A stretch of 41,498 bases of DNA from an uncultured Frankiaceae bacterium (GTDB lineage: Bacteria; Actinomycetota; Actinomycetes; JAFAQI01): contig CAZEAM010000138.1 of the NCBI GenBank assembly GCA_964510285.1, positions 1-41,498 on the forward strand. The letters are read 5' to 3'. A program made the translations under genes and the position numbers. Positions 1 through 7,343 of this stretch are shown piece by piece (within the stretch, counting starts at the first letter, position 1; each line of letters opens with the position of its first letter). The notes below the pieces were generated by a model, which had not been told where the DNA came from, did not search any database, and worked only from the letters and a program-made list of their open reading frames with translations.

Positions 1-712
1 TCACCAGGTACCCGCCGGGGATCGCGGCGTTGTACAGGCCGATCTTGCCGGACAGGTGGAAGGCCGGCGAGACCGCGTAGTACGGCTCGCGGTCACCGAT
101 CAGGTCGGCCGGCAGGATCAGCGGCGACTGGTACAGCTCGCCCCACGGGACGAGCACGCCCTTCGACGGCCCGGTAGTGCCGGACGTGTAGATCATCGCC
201 GCGACGTCCCAGTAGTCCGGCCCGGGGAGGTCCGAGGCCGGGTCGGCGGAGAGGAACTCCTCGCCTCGAACCACCCGGAACGGCAGGTCCGGCAGGTCGC
301 CGTCGGCGTCCGGGACGACCACCGTCTCGAGCAGCTTCAGGTCGTCGGCGACCAAGGTCAGCCGGTCGACGTACCGCTGCGCGATGACCAGTGCGCGAGC
401 CTGGGAGTTCTCGATCAGGTAGCGCAAGGTCTCGCCGCGGTACATGTTGTTGGCGGGTACCTCGACCGCGCGCAGCCATGACGTGCCGAGCCAGGCGAGG
501 TAGGCCTCGATCGAGTTCGGCAGCATCGTGACGACGTGGTCACCGGCGTCGACGCCGAGCGCTCGCAGCCCGCCGGCCCAGCGCTGGAACTCGGTGTGCA
601 GGCCGGACCAGGTGAGGGTGCGACCGGCGACGTCGAGCATCGCCGTCTCGTCCGGGCGCTCCGCGGCCAGCGCGGCGATCCGGTGGGGAAGAACTTTGTC
701 GCGGTCGATCAC
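1..712 (-). CDS. AMP-dependent acyl-CoA synthetase/ligase, N-terminal part (3' end lies beyond the left window edge)
   Basis: Absent from the ORF track because it runs off the edge. My reverse-strand translation from GTG at 712 reads VIDRDKVLPHRIAALAAERPDETAMLDVAGRTLTW...AAMIYTSGTTGPSKGVLVPWGELYQ, which contains the AMP-binding motif YTSGTTGxxKG. AGGGAG lies 7 nt upstream of the GTG. The gene follows the enoyl-CoA hydratase on the same strand. Confidence 0.85.
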   Translation of the reverse strand, partial: MIDRDKVLPHRIAALAAERPDETAMLDVAGRTLTWSGLHTEFQRWAGGLRALGVDAGDHVVTMLPNSIEAYLAWLGTSWLRAVEVPANNMYRGETLRYLIENSQARALVIAQRYVDRLTLVADDLKLLETVVVPDADGDLPDLPFRVVRGEEFLSADPASDLPGPDYWDVAAMIYTSGTTGPSKGVLVPWGELYQSPLILPADLIGDREPYYAVSPAFHLSGKIGLYNAAIPGGYLV

Positions 713-725
713 CGAGCCGCTCCCT

Positions 726-1580
726 TCAGTCTTCCCAAACCGTCTCAGGAAACGCCGCGTGCTTCGAGCCCTTCCAGGCCGGCGCGCGCTTCTCCATGAA
801 CGACGTCACGCCTTCGGCCGCATCGGCCTGGGCGCCCGACCACCAGACCAGCTTGGTTTCGAGAGCCATCGCCGAGTTGCGGTCGTGGTGCTCGAGGAAC
901 CGGTTGACCAGCGCCTTCGTCGCCGCGACCGCTCCCGGTGCGGTGTTGGCGGCGAGGTCACGGGCATAGTCCTGCGCGGCCGCGAGCACCTGGTCGGCCG
1001 GGTAGGCCGTCAAGGCGAGGCCGTACTCGACCGCCTCATTGCCGTTGAACATGCGGCCCGACATCAGCAGGTCGAGGGCTCTGGTCGCACCGACTATGCG
1101 CGGCAACGTCCAGGTGACGCTGGCGTCGGGCACCACGCCGCGCCGTACGAAGTTGAAGCCGAGCTTCGCTTCTTCCGCGACGAAGCGGACGTCGAACATG
1201 GTGGTGATCGTGAGGCCCACGCCGACGGCGGCTCCGTTGATCGCCGCGACCACCGGCGTTCGCATCCGCCAGAACGCGGAACGGTCGGCGATCCGGTCCG
1301 AGTCGATCTTGAAGGTCTCGTCGTGGGTCTTGTGCGCGCTGTCGCCGAACACGTCCTCGGCGCCGTCGGTCAGGTCCATCCCGCCGCAGAACGCGCGGCC
1401 TGCTCCGGTGACCACGATCACCCGGACGTCCTCGTCGGCTTCGCACTTCCACATCGCCTCGTGGAACTCGCCGTCCATCTTCCAGTTGAACGAGTTGAGC
1501 TTCTCTGGGCGGTTGAGGGTGACCGTCGCCACCCCGTCGACGATGTCGACGAGCACGGTTTCGTACGACGAGTCGGTCAT
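726..1580 (-). CDS. enoyl-CoA hydratase/isomerase (crotonase superfamily)
   Basis: 284-aa ORF with the crotonase signature VATVTLNRPEKLNSF...VIVVTGAGRAFCGGMDL. AGGAG lies 5 nt upstream of ATG 1580. Confidence 0.9.
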   Translation of the reverse strand: MTDSSYETVLVDIVDGVATVTLNRPEKLNSFNWKMDGEFHEAMWKCEADEDVRVIVVTGAGRAFCGGMDLTDGAEDVFGDSAHKTHDETFKIDSDRIADRSAFWRMRTPVVAAINGAAVGVGLTITTMFDVRFVAEEAKLGFNFVRRGVVPDASVTWTLPRIVGATRALDLLMSGRMFNGNEAVEYGLALTAYPADQVLAAAQDYARDLAANTAPGAVAATKALVNRFLEHHDRNSAMALETKLVWWSGAQADAAEGVTSFMEKRAPAWKGSKHAAFPETVWED

Positions 1581-1602
1581 CGATGCTCCTGGTCTGGTCT
1601 GC

Positions 1603-2031
1603 TCAGGCCACGGGACTGAAGGCGAAAGTGAGGATGTCGTTGCCCTCCGGGTTGCGGCGGTAGGGCACGACGACGAGTTCCATCTCCATGCCGATGTGCA
1701 GCGCGCTCACGTCGGCGGTGGTCAGCCGGGTCTCGACCTTCACTTCGCCGGGCAGCTCGACGTACCCGACGCCGTACGGCACGAACTCCTCCGCCGTCTC
1801 GGTACCGGCGTACGGCGGGTTCTTCGGCAAGAACTCCTGTGTCGTGAAGGTCCAGAGCTTGCCGCGTCGGGGGAGCAGCGTCTCGTCCATCCGTTCGGAC
1901 GGGCAGCGGGGGCAGGTCGCCTGGGCCGGGAAGGTAGTGACACCGCAGTCGGGGCACTTGGCGCCGATCAGCCGCGGCTCGTCCGAAGGCCATGTGAACA
2001 GCCCCTCGGCCACGGGAACCTGCGCGGTCAT
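1603..2031 (-). CDS. Zn-ribbon/OB-fold acyl-CoA-associated protein (DUF35 family)
   Basis: 142-aa ORF with a four-Cys ribbon CPDCGVTTFPAQATCPRCPS followed by an OB-fold-like C-terminal half. GGAAGGA SD precedes ATG 2031. First gene of the minus-strand operon 2031->1. Confidence 0.85.
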   Translation of the reverse strand: MTAQVPVAEGLFTWPSDEPRLIGAKCPDCGVTTFPAQATCPRCPSERMDETLLPRRGKLWTFTTQEFLPKNPPYAGTETAEEFVPYGVGYVELPGEVKVETRLTTADVSALHIGMEMELVVVPYRRNPEGNDILTFAFSPVA

Positions 2032-2095
2032 CGCCGTCCTTCCACGATGCGGGAAGCATACCCTGGATGTGAGCCTCTGTTAACATACGACGGCG

Positions 2096-2851
2096 ATGGT
2101 TGACCTCGTCTCCGACTTCGTCGCGGAGAGCGGCGCGTTGGATGAGCTGCTGTCGACGCTGTCCGACGACGAATGGCTCACCCCGACTCCCGCCGAGGGT
2201 TGGGACATCCGGGATTCGGTGACGCACGTCGCGTTCGCCAACGAGATCGCCGACGAGATCGCACGGACCGGGCGCAGCGGGTTCATGGAGGCAGCGCTTG
2301 CGGGCGGCTCGCTCGCCGCGCTCGAGCGCGAGCACCTCGACCGTGGCCGTCGAATGCCCCCGGAGGAGGTGCTGGCCTGGTGGCGCGACACGGTGCGAGT
2401 GCTCGCCGAGTCGGTGCGAGACGTGCCGCACTCCGCCCGCCTGCCGTGGGGTCCGATGACGATGGGCATCACCTCGTTCATGACCGGGCGGCTCATGGAG
2501 ACCTGGGCGCACGGGCTCGACTGCTTCGACGCCGTCGGTCGTGTATCGGTCGATAGGGACCGGCTGCACCACGTGGCGTATCTCGGGCTGAGCAGCCTGC
2601 CGTACGCGTTCATGTCGCGCGGCCTCCCGGCGCCGGGGGGTGTGCAGCTGGTGCTCGAGGCTCCGAACGGCACGACGTGGCGGCTCGGTCGTGAGTCGGC
2701 GCCGACCGTGATCGAAGGAACGGCCGGCGACTGGTGTCGCGCGGCGGTGCATCGTGACCGGCGCGGTGAGCGAGAGCGGCTGCGCGGAACGGGCGTGGAT
2801 GCGGCCGCGGTGATCGCCAACGTCCAGGCCTACCTCGCCGCGCCGGCCTGA
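2096..2851 (+). CDS. DinB/mycothiol-dependent maleylpyruvate-isomerase-like N-terminal domain protein (TIGR03084-like)
   Basis: 251-aa ORF. The N-terminus ...DEWLTPTPAEGWDIRDSVTHVAF... matches my memory of the actinobacterial MDMPI_N/TIGR03084 family. GC3-rich frame. Confidence 0.7.
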   Translation: MVDLVSDFVAESGALDELLSTLSDDEWLTPTPAEGWDIRDSVTHVAFANEIADEIARTGRSGFMEAALAGGSLAALEREHLDRGRRMPPEEVLAWWRDTVRVLAESVRDVPHSARLPWGPMTMGITSFMTGRLMETWAHGLDCFDAVGRVSVDRDRLHHVAYLGLSSLPYAFMSRGLPAPGGVQLVLEAPNGTTWRLGRESAPTVIEGTAGDWCRAAVHRDRRGERERLRGTGVDAAAVIANVQAYLAAPA

Positions 2852-2909
2852 CCGGCAAGGTTGTCAGGTTCCCAGCGCGCTGTGGCGGCGTGAGCACCTG
2901 ACAGCTTCG

Positions 2910-3695
2910 TTAGTCGCCGTTGAACGAGGGATTGCGCTTCGCCAGGAAGGCGGCGATGCCTTCGCGGCCGTCGGGGGTACCCGCGGCCTTGCTCAGCTCG
3001 GTCGCCTCGACCGCGAGCCGTTCTTCGTAGGTGACGTCGTACGTCGTGCGTAGCAGTCGCTTCGTCACGCCGAGGGCCCGGGTGGGCGCAGTCGCGAGCG
3101 TCGCGACCACGGACTCCACGGCGGCGTCGAGCTCGCCGTCGGGGACTACTGTCGTGACGATGCCGATGCGCTCTGCTTCGGCACTGTCGATGACCCGACT
3201 GGTCAGCGCGAGCTCTTGCGCCTTGCGCAGCCCGACCAGTCGCGGCAGGTTCCAGCTGGTGCCGCCGTCCGGGGTGAGCCCGATCGCGCTGTAAGCGAAG
3301 GCGAACTTCGTGGACGCCGCAGCGACGACGATGTCGCTCGCGCAGACCAGGCCCAGACCGGCTCCGGCGGCCGAGCCCCTGACTGCCGCGACGATGGGGG
3401 CGTCGATACGTGCCAGCACGGCCAGCGCCGCGTGCAGGTGTCTGGTCACGTCGTTGAGGTGCTCGGGCAGGTCGTCTCCGACCGCGGCGAATGACTTCAG
3501 GTCGCCACCGCCGCAGAAGGCCGGGCCGGCGCCACTGAGCAGCACCACTCGTACGCCGTCTTCGGAACTGAGACGCGTGGCTGCTTCGTCGAGCGCACGG
3601 GCCACCGCGAGATCGATCGTGTTGAGCCGCTCGGGCCGGTTCAGGGTGAGCCGGGCCACGCCGCCGGCCACCTCGAGCGAGACCGGAGTGCTCAT
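2910..3695 (-). CDS. enoyl-CoA hydratase/isomerase
   Basis: Coding part of track ORF 2910..4496, taken from internal ATG 3695 (MSTPVSLEVAGGVARLTLNRPERLNTI...VVLLSGAGPAFCGGGDL). The ATG overlaps the upstream ACAD stop in an ATGA. The Arg-rich upstream extension looks non-coding. Confidence 0.9.
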   Translation of the reverse strand: MSTPVSLEVAGGVARLTLNRPERLNTIDLAVARALDEAATRLSSEDGVRVVLLSGAGPAFCGGGDLKSFAAVGDDLPEHLNDVTRHLHAALAVLARIDAPIVAAVRGSAAGAGLGLVCASDIVVAAASTKFAFAYSAIGLTPDGGTSWNLPRLVGLRKAQELALTSRVIDSAEAERIGIVTTVVPDGELDAAVESVVATLATAPTRALGVTKRLLRTTYDVTYEERLAVEATELSKAAGTPDGREGIAAFLAKRNPSFNGD

Positions 3696-4906
3696 CGCGG
3701 TTGCAGCTTCCAGGGCTGGTCCTTGTCGGCGCGCGGCTCGGGTGGCAGCTTGAGCACGCGTTCGCCCAGGATGTTGCGCATGATGTCCGTCGTCCCGCCA
3801 CCGATCGACGTACCGCGGGTGACGAGATAGCAGCGAGGCACGTCGACGTCGTCCCGCTCGCCCAGCGCGCCGGCGTCCCCGCCCATCGCGGTCGCCTGCA
3901 CCATCTCGTAGCTGCCGGTCACCAGGCCGGCGGGGCCGGCGAGCCGCATGCACAGGTCCCAGATGCGTTGCTGGTTGAGCGCCATTGACAGCTTGGTCGT
4001 CGAGTTCTCCGGCCCGGGGACGCCGCGTTCGAGGTTCTCGCGCGCCCGCATCGCGGTGAGTCGCACGACCTCGGTCTCCACCCACACCTTCAGCAGGTCG
4101 TCGCGCAGCACCGGGTCGCGATCGACGTCGGACCGCTCGCTCCAGAGCCGCACGGCCTGACGAATGGGCCCGCCGCCCTGCTCGTTGACCGAAAGCCCGG
4201 AGAGCGCGAGCCGCTCGTTCATGAGCGTCGTGACGGCCACCGTCCAGCCCTTTCCCACCGGGCCGATCCGGGCGCTGTCCGGGATCCGGACGTCGGTGAA
4301 GTAGACCTCGTTGAACTCCGCGTCGCCGGTGATCTGGCGCAGCGGCCGGACCTCGACGCCGGGCGAGTGCATGTCGACGACGAAGTAGGTCAGCCCCTCG
4401 TGCTTGGGAACGTCCGGATCGGTGCGAGCCAGCAGCAGCCCCCATCGAGCGATGTGCGCGAGCGTCGTCCAGACCTTCTGTCCGTTGACGATCCACTCGT
4501 CTCCGTCGCGCACGGCGGTCGTCGACAGCGATGCGACGTCGCTACCGGCTCCCGGCTCGCTGAACAGCTGACACCAGATCTCGTCGCAGCGGAACAACGG
4601 GCGCAACAGGCGGTCCTGCAGCTCTTCGCTCGCCCACGTGACCAGGGTCGGCCCGGCCATCCCGACTCCCATGAAGTTGCGGAAGGTGTTGGTGGGCGCC
4701 CCGGCTGCCCGCAACGCGTCGTCGACGAGTGACTGCAGCCGCGGGTCGACACCCAAGCCGCCACGGCCGACCGGGAACTGGACCCAGGCCAGACCTGCGT
4801 CGAACTGGGCGCCCCAGAAGTCCTCATCCGTCATCCGGCTCGGCGGACAGTCGGCGATGAGCCGCTCTACCGCCGCCCGCACCTGGTCGCGTTCCGCGCT
4901 GTCCAT
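3692..4906 (-). CDS. acyl-CoA dehydrogenase family protein
   Basis: Coding part of ORF 3692..5392, from ATG 4906 (MDSAERDQVRAAVERL...). Shows ACAD motifs CQLFSEPGAGSDVASL, DGDEWIVNGQKVWTT and GGGTTDIMRNILGERVL. GAGGGG SD upstream. Confidence 0.9.
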   Translation of the reverse strand: MDSAERDQVRAAVERLIADCPPSRMTDEDFWGAQFDAGLAWVQFPVGRGGLGVDPRLQSLVDDALRAAGAPTNTFRNFMGVGMAGPTLVTWASEELQDRLLRPLFRCDEIWCQLFSEPGAGSDVASLSTTAVRDGDEWIVNGQKVWTTLAHIARWGLLLARTDPDVPKHEGLTYFVVDMHSPGVEVRPLRQITGDAEFNEVYFTDVRIPDSARIGPVGKGWTVAVTTLMNERLALSGLSVNEQGGGPIRQAVRLWSERSDVDRDPVLRDDLLKVWVETEVVRLTAMRARENLERGVPGPENSTTKLSMALNQQRIWDLCMRLAGPAGLVTGSYEMVQATAMGGDAGALGERDDVDVPRCYLVTRGTSIGGGTTDIMRNILGERVLKLPPEPRADKDQPWKLQPR

Positions 4907-4967
4907 GGCCCCTCGAAGAGATACGATGCCGCTGATGTTAACGGCCGTTCGCACGTGAGGAGCCGCG

Positions 4968-6434
4968 ATGCCGGGGTCGGGGCCGCGCCGCCAGAGGTGG
5001 GCGCTGTTGGCAGTCACCTCGCTGGTCGCTGTCGGCTGCGGCTCGACGATCCAGGAGCGCGCCGAGACCACCGCCGCGCAAGGGGGTAACGGGCTGGCGC
5101 CCGTCGTGGCCCCGCCCCCGCCGACCACCGCGGCAGTTGCGCCGACGGTTGCGCCTCCGGTCACCGGTGCCCCGAGCACGGGCCCGGCCAGCGGTACGCC
5201 GGGGGTCGTCGCGCCGGCGTCCACGGCCGCGACGAGCTTCCCGACCGGTACCGCCTCCGCCCTTGGGCCTCCCTCGCGTGGCGTGTCCGCAAAGACGATC
5301 TCGATCGGAATCCAGACGTTCGAAGGCTTCAACAAGGCCGGCCAGGCCCTGGGCATCTCCGCGGGCCTGCCGACCGCCGAGACCCAGGCCAACGCGCAGC
5401 GTGTCGTCGACTACCTCAACAAGCACGGCGGGATCGCCGGGCGAAAGGTCGTCCCCGTCTTCCACGACACGAACATCGACTCGGCGAACAGCTTCGATGC
5501 CGACGCGCAGGCGACCTGTTCGGCATTCACCGAAGACCACCACGTGTTCGCGGTCGTGACACCGGAGATCTTCGATCACGACACGCTGATGTCGTGCCTG
5601 TCGCAGCACGCGACCCCGCTGCTCGCGAACAGCGTGAACATCTACGACCAGGCCTACGCAAACCGCTACCCGAACCTCTTCTACGACTCCGCGGCGATCT
5701 TCGGCGACCGGTGGGCGCCGTTCGTCAACGCGCTCGTCGCCAGGCACTTCTTCCCGAAGACCGCGAAGATCGGCATCGTGCGCGGGACTTGGCCCGAGGA
5801 CATCGTGACCACCCAGAAGATCGTGTCGGCGCTGAAGTCCCACGGCCTATCGGTGCGTGACAACGTCGGCGTCGACGACGAGGTCAGCACGCCGGACGTC
5901 GCGCATGTGCTGTCGACGATGCTGAGCATCCAGCTGAGGTTCCGCAGCGAGGGGATCAACTACGTCCTGTTCGAGAAGGGCCCGGTGTTCCCCTACGGCT
6001 TCATGGTGGCGGCACAGACGCAGGGCTACTTCCCGCACTACGCGATGACCAGCCAGGCGAACCTCGACTTCCTGCAGGCCAACGCATCGAGCACACAGCT
6101 GCGCAACGCGGCCGGCGTCACCTTCTCCGGGCTGCCCAGCCACCACATGGTGAACGCCGCCACGAAGGTCTGCCACTCGATCGGGCCCAGTGTCAGCAGC
6201 TACTGCGGACCGTTGCTCCTCCTCGCCGCGGCGGCGAAGAAGGCACCGGTCCTCAACCCGGCCGGGCTCGGCGAGGGCTTCAAGGCCTTGGGCCGCAGCT
6301 TCACGTCGCCGCAGACGCTGGCTACCGACTTCGCCCGCCACTACCAGGACGGCGGCGCGGCCATGCGGACGTTCGGGTGGGACGGCGCCTGCCACTGCTT
6401 CAACTACACGGGTGGGATCCAGCGAATCCCGTAG
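4968..6434 (+). CDS. lipoprotein, probable type-1 periplasmic solute-binding protein with a Pro/Thr/Ala-rich linker
   Basis: 488-aa ORF with a signal peptide plus lipobox (LLAVTSLVAVGC), then a ~70-aa PT/A-rich low-complexity linker and a globular domain of alternating beta/alpha character. GAGGAG SD upstream. The fold assignment is tentative. Confidence 0.75.
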   Translation: MPGSGPRRQRWALLAVTSLVAVGCGSTIQERAETTAAQGGNGLAPVVAPPPPTTAAVAPTVAPPVTGAPSTGPASGTPGVVAPASTAATSFPTGTASALGPPSRGVSAKTISIGIQTFEGFNKAGQALGISAGLPTAETQANAQRVVDYLNKHGGIAGRKVVPVFHDTNIDSANSFDADAQATCSAFTEDHHVFAVVTPEIFDHDTLMSCLSQHATPLLANSVNIYDQAYANRYPNLFYDSAAIFGDRWAPFVNALVARHFFPKTAKIGIVRGTWPEDIVTTQKIVSALKSHGLSVRDNVGVDDEVSTPDVAHVLSTMLSIQLRFRSEGINYVLFEKGPVFPYGFMVAAQTQGYFPHYAMTSQANLDFLQANASSTQLRNAAGVTFSGLPSHHMVNAATKVCHSIGPSVSSYCGPLLLLAAAAKKAPVLNPAGLGEGFKALGRSFTSPQTLATDFARHYQDGGAAMRTFGWDGACHCFNYTGGIQRIP

Positions 6435-6454
6435 CCGGATCTCTCGCGGCCGGC

Positions 6455-7108
6455 CTAGCGGCGCCGCGTGCGCGCCGTACGGGGAAGGCCGAGCGCGTCG
6501 ATGACCATGTCCTCGACCAACTCGGCCAGCGCCTGCTTGTCGAGGGGCGTCTTCCCGCTGACGGCACCGATGCACAGCGACGCGGCGCCCCGCACCATCA
6601 CGTGGGCCGCCTCCGGGCTCAGCTCCTTGCGGGTCTGAAGCAGCGCGTCCTCCCACAGCTCCCGATGCCGCCGGTCGTAGCGGTCGACCCATCGGCGGGT
6701 GGCGGGCGTGAGATGACGGCGTTCGCGAACGCCCATCACCGTGAGGTCCGGGTTCTCGATGGCCAGCGACACGAAGCTGCGCACGAGCTGGCACAGCCGC
6801 GCGTTCGGGTCCGGGTTCTGGTCGACCACCCGGTTGACCTGCTCCACGGCCCTCGCGCCTGCCTCGAGGACGGCGACTTCGAGGATCTCCTGCTTGTTCG
6901 CGAAGTGGCGGTAGATGCCGGGCCCGGTGATCCCGGTCGCCGCGCCGATGTCGTTCATGCTGGTCGCGTCGTACCCGCGCTCGTGGAACAGCTTCAGCGC
7001 CGCCCGCAGGATCTGGTCGCGGCGCTGTGGTCTGCGCTTCGGCGAACCCGGGGCCGGTGGCAGTTCCGGGCGGTCGAGCGCAGGCTCGGGAGACCCGGTG
7101 CGCGGCAC
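6455..7108 (-). CDS. TetR/AcrR family transcriptional regulator
   Basis: 217-aa ORF with a TetR HTH region RRDQILRAALKLFHERGYDATSMNDIGAATGITGPGIYRHFANKQEIL. Divergent from the aldehyde dehydrogenase operon. The start (GTG 7108) is uncertain. Confidence 0.85.
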   Translation of the reverse strand: MPRTGSPEPALDRPELPPAPGSPKRRPQRRDQILRAALKLFHERGYDATSMNDIGAATGITGPGIYRHFANKQEILEVAVLEAGARAVEQVNRVVDQNPDPNARLCQLVRSFVSLAIENPDLTVMGVRERRHLTPATRRWVDRYDRRHRELWEDALLQTRKELSPEAAHVMVRGAASLCIGAVSGKTPLDKQALAELVEDMVIDALGLPRTARTRRR

Positions 7109-7199
7109 GGCCTGATCGTAAGCGCTGATTCACGTTTGTGTCTGCGGAATGCCCCCGAGGGGTCGGCCGCTCCGCCCACCGCCCTACAGCGGAGACGGG

Positions 7200-7215
7200 T
7201 CTGACGACCCGTCAG
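7200..7215. promoter_or_regulatory. operator-like palindrome, distal copy (TCTGACG-ACC-CGTCAG)
   Basis: Inverted repeat read directly. Same core as the sites at 14656, 16378, 31573 and 35970. Confidence 0.5.
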
Positions 7216-7257
7216 CACGTCCGCCGACCCCGCCCACCGCCCTACAGCGGAGACGGG

Positions 7258-7274
7258 TCTGACGACCCGTCAGA
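7258..7274. promoter_or_regulatory. operator-like palindrome, middle copy (TCTGACG-ACC-CGTCAGA)
   Basis: Inverted repeat read directly. Confidence 0.5.
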
Positions 7275-7314
7275 CGTCCGCCGACCCCGCCCACCGCCCT
7301 ACAGCGGAGACGGG

Positions 7315-7337
7315 TCTGACGACCCGTCAGATATCTT
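7315..7337. promoter_or_regulatory. operator-like palindrome (TCTGACGACCCGTCAGATA) overlapping a -10-like TATCTT hexamer
   Basis: TATCTT (7332..7337) fits TANNNT and ends 6 nt before GTG 7344. This geometry suggests a leaderless transcript. Confidence 0.55.
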
Positions 7338-7343
7338 CACTGG

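Larger units (their letters stand above)
7161..7335. repeat. three tandem copies of a 57-58 bp unit (...CCGCCCACCGCCCTACAGCGGAGACGGGTCTGACGACCCGTCAG...)
   Basis: Direct reading. The CCGCCCA landmark recurs at 7172, 7230 and 7287, giving periods of 58 and 57 bp. Each unit ends in the palindrome TCTGACGACCCGTCAG. Confidence 0.9.

Noticed and set aside
2910-5392. Very long N-terminal extensions of track ORFs (2910..4496 and 3692..5392). Likewise 14154..16292, 16880..18559, 18319..19779, 19404..21308, 26645..27544, 28070..29020, 33521..34729 and 37716..39599.
   Set aside because: The extensions overlap upstream genes and are Arg-rich nonsense. Internal ATG/GTG starts coincide with canonical family N-termini, SD sequences or ATGA/GTGA stop-start overlaps, so I trimmed them.
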